The notes beneath the pieces are model-generated. The model ran no database searches, was not told the origin of the DNA, and was given only the letters and a program-made list of their open reading frames with translations. From Candidatus Saccharimonadales bacterium (lineage in GTDB: Bacteria > Patescibacteriota > Saccharimonadia > Saccharimonadales > OMJO01), in the NCBI GenBank assembly GCA_035480035.1, contig DATIID010000001.1, positions 137,323 through 201,322 of the forward strand: 64,000 nt of DNA, given 5' to 3'. The position numbers were made by a program, and so were the translations under genes. Below, piece by piece: positions 18,616-28,678 of the stretch. Position 1 is the first letter of the stretch, and the number at the start of each line of letters is the position of its first letter.

Positions 18616-19307
18616 GCGATACCTCACATAGCCAGAATAGCAAACCGATGCCAGAACATGGAACCACTAAGGCCTATGTGGTTGGATTTATAATATCTCT
18701 GATCTTTACGTTTATACCGTATTACTTGGTGGTCCATCATAACTTTTCTGGTTCGGTACTACTGGCAACGATATTAGGGTTTGCGGTCCTGCAGATGATT
18801 ATTCAAGTAACCTTTTTCTTGCATCTGGGCCGAGGGCCAAAACCCAAATGGAATTTATTCTTTTTCATATCCACGGTGGGAATCATATTAGTTGTGGTGG
18901 GTGGTTCCATAATGATCATCAACAACTTGCACTACAATATGTCGCCAGGAGACCAGCTACAGAAACTGGTTGGCGATGAGGCCATTTACCAAATCGGTGG
19001 CGCCAAGACTGGCGCATGCCAAGGGCAGCATCACAATCATAAGGCCACGATCAAAAATGGCCGGGTAAATCCTGCCCATACGCTTGCGAGCAAGTGTGAT
19101 ACTCTGACGTTCATTAATGAAGATAGCAACCCGCGTTCAATCGCTTTCGGAGCGTACCCACAACATAAGGCCTATGCTGGCGAAATTGACCTATCACTTC
19201 CTAAAGGCTATAGCCAAACAATAACGTTGTCCGAACCAGGCTCATTTAAATTCTACGATCGTCAGCACACTCAATCATCCGGCGACTTTAATGTAAGCCC
19301 GCGATGA
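18612..19307 (+). CDS. cyoD: quinol oxidase subunit IV (CyoD) fused to a C-terminal cupredoxin-like domain
   Basis: From ATG 18612, the first ~110 aa form a three-TM CyoD (YVVGFIISLIFTFIPYY...FLHLG). About 120 further aa resemble the C-terminus of the 7266..7721 protein. The track start at 18549 overlaps cyoC and is rejected. Confidence 0.7.
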   Translation: MSDTSHSQNSKPMPEHGTTKAYVVGFIISLIFTFIPYYLVVHHNFSGSVLLATILGFAVLQMIIQVTFFLHLGRGPKPKWNLFFFISTVGIILVVVGGSIMIINNLHYNMSPGDQLQKLVGDEAIYQIGGAKTGACQGQHHNHKATIKNGRVNPAHTLASKCDTLTFINEDSNPRSIAFGAYPQHKAYAGEIDLSLPKGYSQTITLSEPGSFKFYDRQHTQSSGDFNVSPR

Positions 19308-20182
19308 CAATGGGCATGGTCATTAGTAAATTTAAGACCTATCTTTCACTTACTAAGCCGGGGATTATTCGGGGTAACTTAATGTTGGCCACCGCTGGAT
19401 TTTTATTAGCTTCAAAAAGCCAAATCGACTGGGGTAATTTAGCCACAGTCCTAGTTAGCATTATGCTAATCATTGCTTCGGCCTGCGTTTTTAATAATTT
19501 TATTGACCGGGAAATTGATAAAAAAATGGCCCGAACCCAGAAAAGAGCTTTAGTTAACGGCTTGGTAAGTGGTCGTAATGCACTGATCTATGCCTCGATA
19601 TTGGGCTTGGCTGGTTTAATTATTTTAGCCAAATACACCAATGGTTTAACTTTCTTGGCCGGCACCATTGGTTTTGTTGACTATGTCGTGATTTATGGCT
19701 TAGCCAAACGTCGATCAACCCTTAGTACATTAATTGGTAGTATATCCGGTGCTATGCCCTTAGTTGCTGGTTATTTAGCTGTAACTAACCATTTTAATGC
19801 TGTGGTAATAGTTTTGTTCTTGATAATGGTGTTTTGGCAAATGGCTCATTTTTTTGCCATTGCTATCTATCGTTATGATGATTATAAGGCGGCTGGTCTG
19901 CCGGTTTTGCCTGTCAAAAAGACTATTAAATCGGCCAAACAGCAGATCATCAGTTATATAGTTGCTTACGATTTGTCCATTTTATACCTTGGCTACTCAG
20001 CCAAAATGAGTAAAATCTACTTCATAGTTGCTGGATTGATGGGTTTATGGTGGCTGGTTTTAGGGATTAAGCTTTGGCCAAATAAAGACGATCAAACATG
20101 GGGAAAACGCATGTTTCTTGTGTCGCTTGTGGAAATTACGTTATTTTCAATACTGCTTTCGGTTGATGCATTTTTCAAATAA
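19304..20182 (+). CDS. cyoE: protoheme IX farnesyltransferase (heme O synthase)
   Basis: UbiA-family polytopic protein (NNFIDREIDKKMARTQKRAL), placed directly after cyoD. Confidence 0.85.
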   Translation: MTMGMVISKFKTYLSLTKPGIIRGNLMLATAGFLLASKSQIDWGNLATVLVSIMLIIASACVFNNFIDREIDKKMARTQKRALVNGLVSGRNALIYASILGLAGLIILAKYTNGLTFLAGTIGFVDYVVIYGLAKRRSTLSTLIGSISGAMPLVAGYLAVTNHFNAVVIVLFLIMVFWQMAHFFAIAIYRYDDYKAAGLPVLPVKKTIKSAKQQIISYIVAYDLSILYLGYSAKMSKIYFIVAGLMGLWWLVLGIKLWPNKDDQTWGKRMFLVSLVEITLFSILLSVDAFFK

Positions 20183-20200
20183 AACTTGTATGCTGTTAGT

Positions 20201-20467
20201 ATGATTATTATCCTTCATATCATGTCTGCCCTGGTTAGCTTATTAATGGCTAGTTATTTACTCTTCAAGCCGTCTAAAAGGCTTTTTAAAACCACCAATA
20301 CTTTAACTGTGACAACAGTCGCTAGCGGTACTTACTTGGTTTGGAGTCGGCATTCATCCATCTTATCGGCATGCATGGCTGGTTTAGTTTATTTGAGTTT
20401 GATCTCCATATCTCTATTTTTAACTCATGCTCGCTTGAATCGAATAAAAGTTGTCAGTGAAGATTAA
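20201..20467 (+). CDS. small membrane protein, hypothetical
   Basis: About 88 aa from ATG 20201 (the track uses TTG 20186). Three hydrophobic segments. Follows cyoE. Confidence 0.3.
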   Translation: MIIILHIMSALVSLLMASYLLFKPSKRLFKTTNTLTVTTVASGTYLVWSRHSSILSACMAGLVYLSLISISLFLTHARLNRIKVVSED

Positions 20468-20504
20468 CTCCGCTTAATAATTTTGCATAACCGTCTTAAA
20501 AAAC

Positions 20505-20534
20505 TTGCAGCTCCCCTGTTATAACTGATATACT
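20505..20534 (+). promoter_or_regulatory. atp operon promoter, leaderless-type
   Basis: TTGCAG (20505-20510), N18, TGaTATACT (-10 at 20529-20534), then 8 nt to ATG 20543. Confidence 0.5.
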
Positions 20535-20542
20535 GCCTTGGA

Positions 20543-20848
20543 ATGGGAAGAGTGAGCACCAAACCTAAAGCACCTTCAAGTGCTTCGAATAAAGATGAAA
20601 TTGCGCGACTGGCAGCTGCAGCCACTTCTAAACAGCAATTTGTTAACTCGGCTATGGACATGGGTTGGCGAATGGCCATTAGCGTAATTGTGCCGGTCAT
20701 CATCGGCAGTTGGCTCGATCACAAATACCACACCTCACCATCATGGACTTTAGTTTCACTATTTGTGGCGGTCACGTTAGCCGTTATGGTAGTGATGAAA
20801 ACGATCAAAGATCTTAATAACAGCCAAACTAATCGGAAAGCTAGGTAA
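20543..20848 (+). CDS. AtpZ/AtpI-like small membrane protein
   Basis: First gene of the atp operon. Two TMs with the GSWLDHKY...P motif typical of the AtpZ family. Confidence 0.5.
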   Translation: MGRVSTKPKAPSSASNKDEIARLAAAATSKQQFVNSAMDMGWRMAISVIVPVIIGSWLDHKYHTSPSWTLVSLFVAVTLAVMVVMKTIKDLNNSQTNRKAR

Positions 20849-20850
20849 AA

Positions 20851-21669
20851 ATGTCATTGTTTGCACTTGCTGCTGAATCTGGTCCAGTCGTCCATATTAC
20901 GCCAGTGACACTTTTTAATATCCATGGCTGGCCGATTACTAACTCGATGCTGTTTGCTTGGTTATGCTCGCTGGTGATTAGTTATGTATTGATTATGACT
21001 GCCCGGCGTCTAACCCTGCGACCCAAAGCTGGCTTCAGCCAAATTGTCGAGGCCGGCACTGAATTTATAACAGATGTAGTACAAAATAGCTTGGGTAGCC
21101 GCGAGTTGGCCATCAAATACTCACCTTACTTCACCGGCATCTTCTTTTTCATTGCATTTAGTAGTATTTTTGGTCTATTGCCAGGCGTCGGCGAAGCCTT
21201 TACTTATCATGGTCAGCCAATTTTTCGAGCCTTCACGGCCGATTTAAACGGTACTTTAGCAACCGCGGCAGTCTCGTTAATTATGGTCCAGTACTTTGCG
21301 ATTAAAGAATCTGGCATTATTCGTCACCTGCGGCACTATTTTGCTGGCAAATTGTGGAATCCGGCAACATATTTAGTTGGTGTGTATGAAGTGCTTAATG
21401 AATTTATTCGTTTATTTAGCTTGTCTCTTCGATTGTTTTTAAATATTGCCATCGGTGAAATTATTATTTCAGTATTTGCCTATCTAGGTAAATTTGCGGC
21501 ACCGATTACCTCGCTACCCTTTTTATTACTTGAGCTAGGAGTTTGCTTACTTCAAGCCTATATTTTTGTTATGCTAAGCGTTACTTATTTGTCTCTGGCA
21601 ATTAACCACGCCGATGAGGAAATTGAGACCCATGGTAATATTGCTGACATCAAGGCATCAGGAGAATGA
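20851..21669 (+). CDS. atpB: F0 ATP synthase subunit a
   Basis: Polytopic protein with the conserved LSLRLFLNIAIGE arginine helix. Confidence 0.9.
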   Translation: MSLFALAAESGPVVHITPVTLFNIHGWPITNSMLFAWLCSLVISYVLIMTARRLTLRPKAGFSQIVEAGTEFITDVVQNSLGSRELAIKYSPYFTGIFFFIAFSSIFGLLPGVGEAFTYHGQPIFRAFTADLNGTLATAAVSLIMVQYFAIKESGIIRHLRHYFAGKLWNPATYLVGVYEVLNEFIRLFSLSLRLFLNIAIGEIIISVFAYLGKFAAPITSLPFLLLELGVCLLQAYIFVMLSVTYLSLAINHADEEIETHGNIADIKASGE

Positions 21670-21713
21670 ATGAAATTAAGCATTAATAATTTAACTAATG
21701 AGGAGAAAAGCTA

Positions 21714-21947
21714 ATGTTATATCTAGCGGAACTAACCGGAAATGTCGAGGTTGTTGGTAAGGGTCTAATGCTGGGAGCCGGTATGATTGGCCCCGGTATT
21801 GGTGTAGGGCTAATTGGCAACAGTTTCATGAATGCAGTTGGACGCAATCCAGAGTCGGCCAAATTCTTGGGCCAGATTTTAGTATTTGTGGCGATTGTTG
21901 AACTCATGGCGCTACTAGTCTTTGCTTCACTGTTTATCATTAAGTAA
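21714..21947 (+). CDS. atpE: F0 ATP synthase subunit c
   Basis: 77-aa hairpin with GRNPE loop and carboxylate in AIVELMAL. No Na+-type Q...ES/T signature. Confidence 0.9.
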   Translation: MLYLAELTGNVEVVGKGLMLGAGMIGPGIGVGLIGNSFMNAVGRNPESAKFLGQILVFVAIVELMALLVFASLFIIK

Positions 21948-21966
21948 CTTAGGGTTTTAAGAATAT

Positions 21967-22506
21967 ATGATTTTGACTTTTGTAGCCGAAGCTTCCAGTA
22001 GCGGATCACCGCTGGCCGCTTTGGGCGTCAGCCTAAAAACCTTCGTGATTCAGTTAATTACTTTTGTCCTGGTCTTTTTAGTACTCAAACGATTCGCTTT
22101 TAAACCGATTACCAAACTACTCGAGGAACGCCGCAAAGTGATTGACGACGGTGTTAAGGCTGGTCAAAAGCTGGCGGCTGATCAAGCTGAGTTTGAAAAA
22201 AAGATGGCTGACGCAACTCGTGATGCGCGCCACGAGGCCGATAAGATTATTGCCAATGGCCACAAAGAAGCTCGCGAGATTATTCGTGAGGCCGAAAAAG
22301 TCGCCGGTCGTAAAGCCGAAGGCATTATTAGCGACGCTGAAGTTCGGATTGCCGAAGAAGCTGCCCACTCGCGACGCAAGCTTGAAAAAGAGATTGTCGG
22401 CCTAATCTCCGAAGCGACCGAAGCAATTGTTGGTGAGAAAATCGATAGCAAAAAAGACGCCGCTCTCATTGACCGAGTTATGAAGGGATTAAATAAAAAA
22501 TCATGA
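21967..22506 (+). CDS. atpF: F0 ATP synthase subunit b
   Basis: One TM followed by a long charged helix. Operon position. Ends at TGA. Confidence 0.85.
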   Translation: MILTFVAEASSSGSPLAALGVSLKTFVIQLITFVLVFLVLKRFAFKPITKLLEERRKVIDDGVKAGQKLAADQAEFEKKMADATRDARHEADKIIANGHKEAREIIREAEKVAGRKAEGIISDAEVRIAEEAAHSRRKLEKEIVGLISEATEAIVGEKIDSKKDAALIDRVMKGLNKKS

Positions 22507-22910
22507 ATCAGTCCAGGCATCACATGGCCGAAGTGATTGGCGCAAAAACTCTTAAGATTAATGATACGCGCTCATTAGCTAAAGAAATTGCCGCTTTTTT
22601 ATTGGTTGAACACCGCACTAGTGAGCTTGATTCCCTACTCCGCGATATTGTTCAATATCGAGCCGACCATGGTGTTGTTGAAGCAGTTGCCGTCAGTGTT
22701 GAAGGATTGGATGATGCAGTTAAGAAAGATATTCGTAATTTTTTGCACAACGAATTTCCGAAGGCTAAGACATTAGCCTGGCACGATAAACTTGACCCAG
22801 ATGTAGTTGGGGGTCTTAAGGTTGAACTGCCCAATGAGCAATTGGATATCACTACTAGAGCTAAACTCGATACTTTTAAACGGTTAACCGGCGCAGGACA
22901 GGAGCTTTAA
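22503..22910 (+). CDS. atpH: F1 ATP synthase subunit delta (OSCP), short form
   Basis: The C-terminal part matches OSCP ([10 protein letters not shown]...[12 protein letters not shown]...LDIT). The region before it is only ~58 aa. Confidence 0.7.
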   Translation: MNQSRHHMAEVIGAKTLKINDTRSLAKEIAAFLLVEHRTSELDSLLRDIVQYRADHGVVEAVAVSVEGLDDAVKKDIRNFLHNEFPKAKTLAWHDKLDPDVVGGLKVELPNEQLDITTRAKLDTFKRLTGAGQEL

Positions 22911-24487
22911 TGCAGGACGTTTCGATTCAAGATCTAGCCAAAGAAATCCGTGACGCCATTGCTGAACTTAAAACTCGTCCGGAAATTGAAAAAGTTGGTG
23001 TGGTGACACGAGTTGGTGACGGTGTCGCCTGGATTTACGGTCTGACTAATTGTGGTTATAACGAAATGATTGACATTGTTGCCATTGACGGTACGCGAAT
23101 CACAGCTTTTGCTTTCAACCTTGGCGAGGATGAAATTGGCGCAGTCATTTTAGGTGACGACACCCAGATCAAGGCTAGTGCCAAAGCCCACTTGACTGGC
23201 AAAATTCTAGAGGTGCCAGTCGGACCAGAACTAGTCGGCCGAGTCGTCAATCCACTTGGTCAAGCTATGGATGGCAAAGGTGAAATCAAGGCTAAGTTAA
23301 CAAGTCCGGTTGAAAAGATTGCTCCTGGGGTTCTGGCTCGTAAAAGTGTCCACGAACCACTAATGACTGGTATTACTGCCGTTGATGCGATGGTACCGAT
23401 TGGCCGTGGCCAACGTGAATTAATTATTGGTGACCGCCAGACGGGCAAAACCGCAGTGGCGCTCGACACCATGATTAATCAGCACCGTCAAAACACCGAT
23501 GTGATTAACATCTATGTGGCGATTGGGCAGAAACTTAGTAAGGTAGCTCGTTTGGTTGAGCGACTGAAGCGTGAAGGTGTTATGGAACAAACCATTGTGG
23601 TGGCTACCAGTGCGGCTGATCCGGCCAGTCTGCAATACCTAGCTCCTTATGCCGGTTGTGCCATGGGCGAGTATTTTCGCGATAACAAAAGACACGCTTT
23701 AATTATTTACGATGACCTAAGTAAACATGCGGCTGCTTATAGGCAGATGAGTTTACTACTTCGTCGCCCACCCGGTCGTGAAGCCTACCCAGGCGATGTA
23801 TTTTACTTACACTCTCGATTACTCGAACGGGCCTCTAAACTCAGCGATAAATTGGGTGCTGGTTCTCTAACAGCCCTGCCAATCATCGAAACTCAAGCTG
23901 GTGACATCAGTGCCTATATCCCAACTAATGTTATTTCAATTACCGACGGCCAGATCTTTATGGAAACCGATTTGTTCTATCAAGGGATTCGACCAGCTAT
24001 TTCAGTTGGCCTGTCTGTTTCGCGCGTCGGTGGTAATGCTCAAACCAAAGCTGTTAAAAGCGTGGCTAAAAGTTTACGAATTGATCTGGCGCAGTTTCGA
24101 GAATTAGCAGCCTTTAGTCAATTCTCAACCGATCTTGATGCCGATACACGTCATCGAATTGAGCGTGGCCAGCGTTTAACCGAATTACTAAAGCAGCCCC
24201 AGTTTCAACCTTATGCCATTTGGCAACAATATGCTGCATTATTAGCGGCCGAAAACGGTTGTTTTGATGCGGTGCCAATCGAGAGAGTTAAAACCGTTGA
24301 AGCTAACCTGCTGCGTGAACTTAAGCACGACAACCCAAAGCTGGTCGAGAAAATTAATACTGGCGATGAACCCGACGACCAAACCAAGAAAGTAATCGTT
24401 GATATGGCTAACAAAATTGCGATTAGCTATAAAGTCGAAGACAAGCCAGAAGCTAAAGAAAATACTTCAGAAAAGGTTGAGGTATAA
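22910..24487 (+). CDS. atpA: F1 ATP synthase subunit alpha
   Basis: Walker A GDRQTGKT and the highly conserved alpha sequence throughout. Confidence 0.95.
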   Translation: MQDVSIQDLAKEIRDAIAELKTRPEIEKVGVVTRVGDGVAWIYGLTNCGYNEMIDIVAIDGTRITAFAFNLGEDEIGAVILGDDTQIKASAKAHLTGKILEVPVGPELVGRVVNPLGQAMDGKGEIKAKLTSPVEKIAPGVLARKSVHEPLMTGITAVDAMVPIGRGQRELIIGDRQTGKTAVALDTMINQHRQNTDVINIYVAIGQKLSKVARLVERLKREGVMEQTIVVATSAADPASLQYLAPYAGCAMGEYFRDNKRHALIIYDDLSKHAAAYRQMSLLLRRPPGREAYPGDVFYLHSRLLERASKLSDKLGAGSLTALPIIETQAGDISAYIPTNVISITDGQIFMETDLFYQGIRPAISVGLSVSRVGGNAQTKAVKSVAKSLRIDLAQFRELAAFSQFSTDLDADTRHRIERGQRLTELLKQPQFQPYAIWQQYAALLAAENGCFDAVPIERVKTVEANLLRELKHDNPKLVEKINTGDEPDDQTKKVIVDMANKIAISYKVEDKPEAKENTSEKVEV

Positions 24488-24789
24488 TGGGACTGACAAA
24501 CCGAATTGGTCCTCCATTTAGTGGCTCTGAGCGTGCCTTAGCTGCTTTTAATAATGCATCCTACTTATCGATTACGATGGGGCTTGAATTAGATAAAGAT
24601 ACAGGTAACATCACTACTTCTGCCCCAGGCAGTGAAAATCCGGAACCTCTTGTGGGCAGTCCGGGCGAAGTTATGACTGATCCGCGATTTTATATACCTA
24701 GAGTAATTAATGAAGCAGATCGGATAGATTTAGCTTTTACGCTGGGCTACTGTTTAGCAAAACTTGAAAGTGTGAATCAAAATGGCTAA
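24487..24789 (+). CDS. orphan ORF between atpA and atpG (100 aa)
   Basis: ATG overlaps the atpA TAA (TAATG). Its stop lies 8 nt inside atpG. No family recognised. Confidence 0.45.
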   Translation: MGLTNRIGPPFSGSERALAAFNNASYLSITMGLELDKDTGNITTSAPGSENPEPLVGSPGEVMTDPRFYIPRVINEADRIDLAFTLGYCLAKLESVNQNG

Positions 24790-25651
24790 TACAATTACCC
24801 TTAAGCGTCGGATTAGCTCCGTTAAAAACACGCGGCAAATTACCAAAGCCATGGAGTTAGTAGCTGCTAGTAAAATGCGTCGAGCTCAGGAAAGTGCTTT
24901 GCATGGTCGAGCTTATCGAGAAGCTGCGCACGAGTTACTAACCAAGTTAGGTCAAATCATCGAAGTCGACCAACATCCGCTTTATGTTAAACGGGCGGTC
25001 AAAACTAGGGTTTATGTAGTTATTACTAGTAACCGTGGTCTGGCCGGAGCTTACAACTCCAACATTATTCGAATGCTGTCACGAGCTATAATTGAAGACC
25101 AAAGAAATCATATCAATTCCCAAGTCATTGCCATTGGTAAACAAGTCGCAAATTTTGCGCGGCGAGTTGAAGGCGTTGAGTTATTGGCGGCCTACTCTGG
25201 TTTTGGCGACCATCCAACAGCTAACGACATTCGGCCAATACTTAATCAAGTGGTGGAGCTTTACACTGAGCAAAAAGCCGATGACATCAAACTACTCTAC
25301 ACTACTTTCCAATCCAACCTGGTTCAAACACCGACTAACTTAGCGTTACTGCCGGCCATTTTCGAAGCTGGCGAAAATATCGACAAAACCATTAACAGTG
25401 TCACGTTTGAGCCATCAATCGAGGCGGTTCTAGATAACGTCACTGTACGACTCTTGGAAGTTCAACTCTGGCAAGCTATGCTGGAAAGTGTCGCTTCTGA
25501 GCATTCCATGCGGATGATGGCCATGAAAAATGCTACCGACAACGCATCAGATTTGATTGATGACTTGACGCTAGCTTTCAACACGGCGCGGCAAGCGGCG
25601 ATTACCCAAGAGTTAGCCGAAATAACAGGTGGTGCGGAGGCCATAAAATGA
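24782..25651 (+). CDS. atpG: F1 ATP synthase subunit gamma
   Basis: MANTITLKRRISSVKNTRQITKAMELVAASKMRRAQ...ITQELAEI, 289 aa, full length. Confidence 0.9.
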   Translation: MANTITLKRRISSVKNTRQITKAMELVAASKMRRAQESALHGRAYREAAHELLTKLGQIIEVDQHPLYVKRAVKTRVYVVITSNRGLAGAYNSNIIRMLSRAIIEDQRNHINSQVIAIGKQVANFARRVEGVELLAAYSGFGDHPTANDIRPILNQVVELYTEQKADDIKLLYTTFQSNLVQTPTNLALLPAIFEAGENIDKTINSVTFEPSIEAVLDNVTVRLLEVQLWQAMLESVASEHSMRMMAMKNATDNASDLIDDLTLAFNTARQAAITQELAEITGGAEAIK

Positions 25652-26115
25652 GCTTAGGCGAACAAATTAGATCACTTGAACCGGCTGATGCTTTGTGGAA
25701 TGCCATTGCTGATACAAATTTAGGCTTAGTCGACGGCGAAACCCTAATTGGCGGTGCCGAGGCACGACTGGGCTATCCGTTGGCGGGTCAAATAAGGACT
25801 GATTTGTTAAGCTTGGCCGATGGTGAGGTTACGCACTATAAGGAGACTGTACACCCCGGGTACTTAATTATAGATAAGGATGAATATTGGCTCGATAATT
25901 ACTGTGAACCACTGACACCTGATGAAGCAATGCAATTTGCCAATCAAGAAGTATTGGACTATTTGTCAGAACGTGCAATTAAGCACGCTCTACTTCAGAT
26001 AAAAGAAGAAAAACCACACCTAATGCAAAGCGATCTTAAAGCAAAAAGAATGGCTGAGCTAGCAACAGAATTTGCCTTGGGAATAAAACCAATTTTTGAA
26101 ATGGTAGAGGAGTAG
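25648..26115 (+). CDS. orphan ORF between atpG and atpD (155 aa)
   Basis: ATGA overlap with the atpG stop. Ends 3 nt before the atpD ATG and carries its GAGGAG SD. Acidic. No family recognised. Confidence 0.45.
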   Translation: MSLGEQIRSLEPADALWNAIADTNLGLVDGETLIGGAEARLGYPLAGQIRTDLLSLADGEVTHYKETVHPGYLIIDKDEYWLDNYCEPLTPDEAMQFANQEVLDYLSERAIKHALLQIKEEKPHLMQSDLKAKRMAELATEFALGIKPIFEMVEE

Positions 26116-27509
<1,394 letters not shown>

Positions 27510-27510
<1 letters not shown>

Positions 27511-27752
27511 TGCCTAATGGTGAACTAAGTCAGCCGGATATTAATAGACTAGCACTTGAGCAGCACATGCGAGCTATCAAGGATACTGATGAATTTGGTT
27601 ATCCAAAAGAAGGAATCGAGCATCATCCTATTGCAGCTCAAATCGCTGGTAAATGGGCAGTGGCTGAAGCCCGCGATTCAGATGGCCCCACTCAATTATT
27701 TGGCTATGATGACAACGAGGAGTTTAGACAGGTTCAGCTAGGAGAAGCTTAG
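27510..27752 (+). CDS. orphan ORF between atpD and atpC (80 aa)
   Basis: ATG overlaps the atpD TAA (TAATG). Acidic. No family recognised. Confidence 0.45.
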
Positions 27753-27759
27753 TAAAGCT

Positions 27760-28188
27760 ATGATCAGACTTGAGTTGATTACATTAAATGGTTCTAAATT
27801 TGCTGGTGATGTTTATGAGGTGCTGTTGCCGACCCTAGATGGCCGGATTGGTGTTTTAGATCACCATATGCCCTTAATTAGTGTTGCCATACCTGGAGTA
27901 ATTAGTATTAGACGAAAAAGCACCGATCGTGATGATTATATGGAGCACTATGCCACCAACGGTGGGGTCATTGAAGTCGAGGATAATGTGTTGCGGGTTC
28001 TGGTTGACGAAGCTGACCATGAAGAAGAAATCAACGAACAAGAAATTCAAAAGGCTATGGCCGAAGCCCAACGCCTAAAGGCTGAGGCCAAAGACCATGT
28101 AACTGCGGAGCAGGCACAAAGTATTATTGATCATAATCAAGCCCGTCTACGTGTAGCTGGACTTAAACGTCGGAAATCCCACCATTGA
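27760..28188 (+). CDS. atpC: F1 ATP synthase subunit epsilon
   Basis: N-terminal beta-sandwich pattern (LPTLDGRIGVLDHHMPLIS) plus a C-terminal helical hairpin, 142 aa. Confidence 0.85.
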   Translation: MIRLELITLNGSKFAGDVYEVLLPTLDGRIGVLDHHMPLISVAIPGVISIRRKSTDRDDYMEHYATNGGVIEVEDNVLRVLVDEADHEEEINEQEIQKAMAEAQRLKAEAKDHVTAEQAQSIIDHNQARLRVAGLKRRKSHH

Positions 28189-28528
28189 GCAATTGCTCTA
28201 GTTGATGTGACTCTCGAAGAGGTTCGGCAACGTCAATTATAACTTCCGCAGCTCCCCTTAGCACCGATAAAGCAATGACGCCGCGAAATTGGTCGGGCGA
28301 CAAGTCAGGCCGGCCGTTCTTATCAAAGCTTAAAGAGCGGTTTGAGCCAATTTCTTTGTAAACATGTTTGATTGTGTCGTGGATTCTCTTATATAGAGTG
28401 GGGTTGGAGATTTTAAGAGATTCGTCGATGTAGCTAATGGTAACAGAATCGAGTATCGATTCATGGTCAGATGAATCTTCAACCAAAGGTAGATACTTTA
28501 CTAATCCTTCGAGCTCACTTTCCACCAT
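28163..28528 (-). CDS. hypothetical acidic protein
   Basis: 121 aa with an AAGGAG SD 7 nt upstream. Its 3' end overlaps atpC by 26 nt. No family recognised. Confidence 0.4.
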   Translation of the reverse strand: MVESELEGLVKYLPLVEDSSDHESILDSVTISYIDESLKISNPTLYKRIHDTIKHVYKEIGSNRSLSFDKNGRPDLSPDQFRGVIALSVLRGAAEVIIDVAEPLRESHQLEQLLNGGISDV

Positions 28529-28678
28529 ATAGCGTCTCCTTGTAATTTAATGGTACCACATATAGTGCTATTGCCAAAATTTTAAGTTTGGAGTAAAGTT
28601 ATACCGTTTGTGAGTTAAAGATAGAAAATAATGGAAAAGACTGATCAAATGAGAGAGATTAACGGAGGTGATTTTATA

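Noticed and set aside
20464-20703. 79-aa minus-strand ORF overlapping the atp promoter and the atpZ-like gene
   Set aside because: It lies antisense to a gene with a family-typical motif and operon context. It has no RBS or promoter and is a likely shadow ORF.
22504-25651. Possibility of an alternative genetic code (UGA read as an amino acid, as in some CPR lineages)
   Set aside because: UGA terminates atpF (22504-22506) and atpG (25649-25651) at family-typical lengths, and conserved proteins show no in-frame UGA. The standard code fits.
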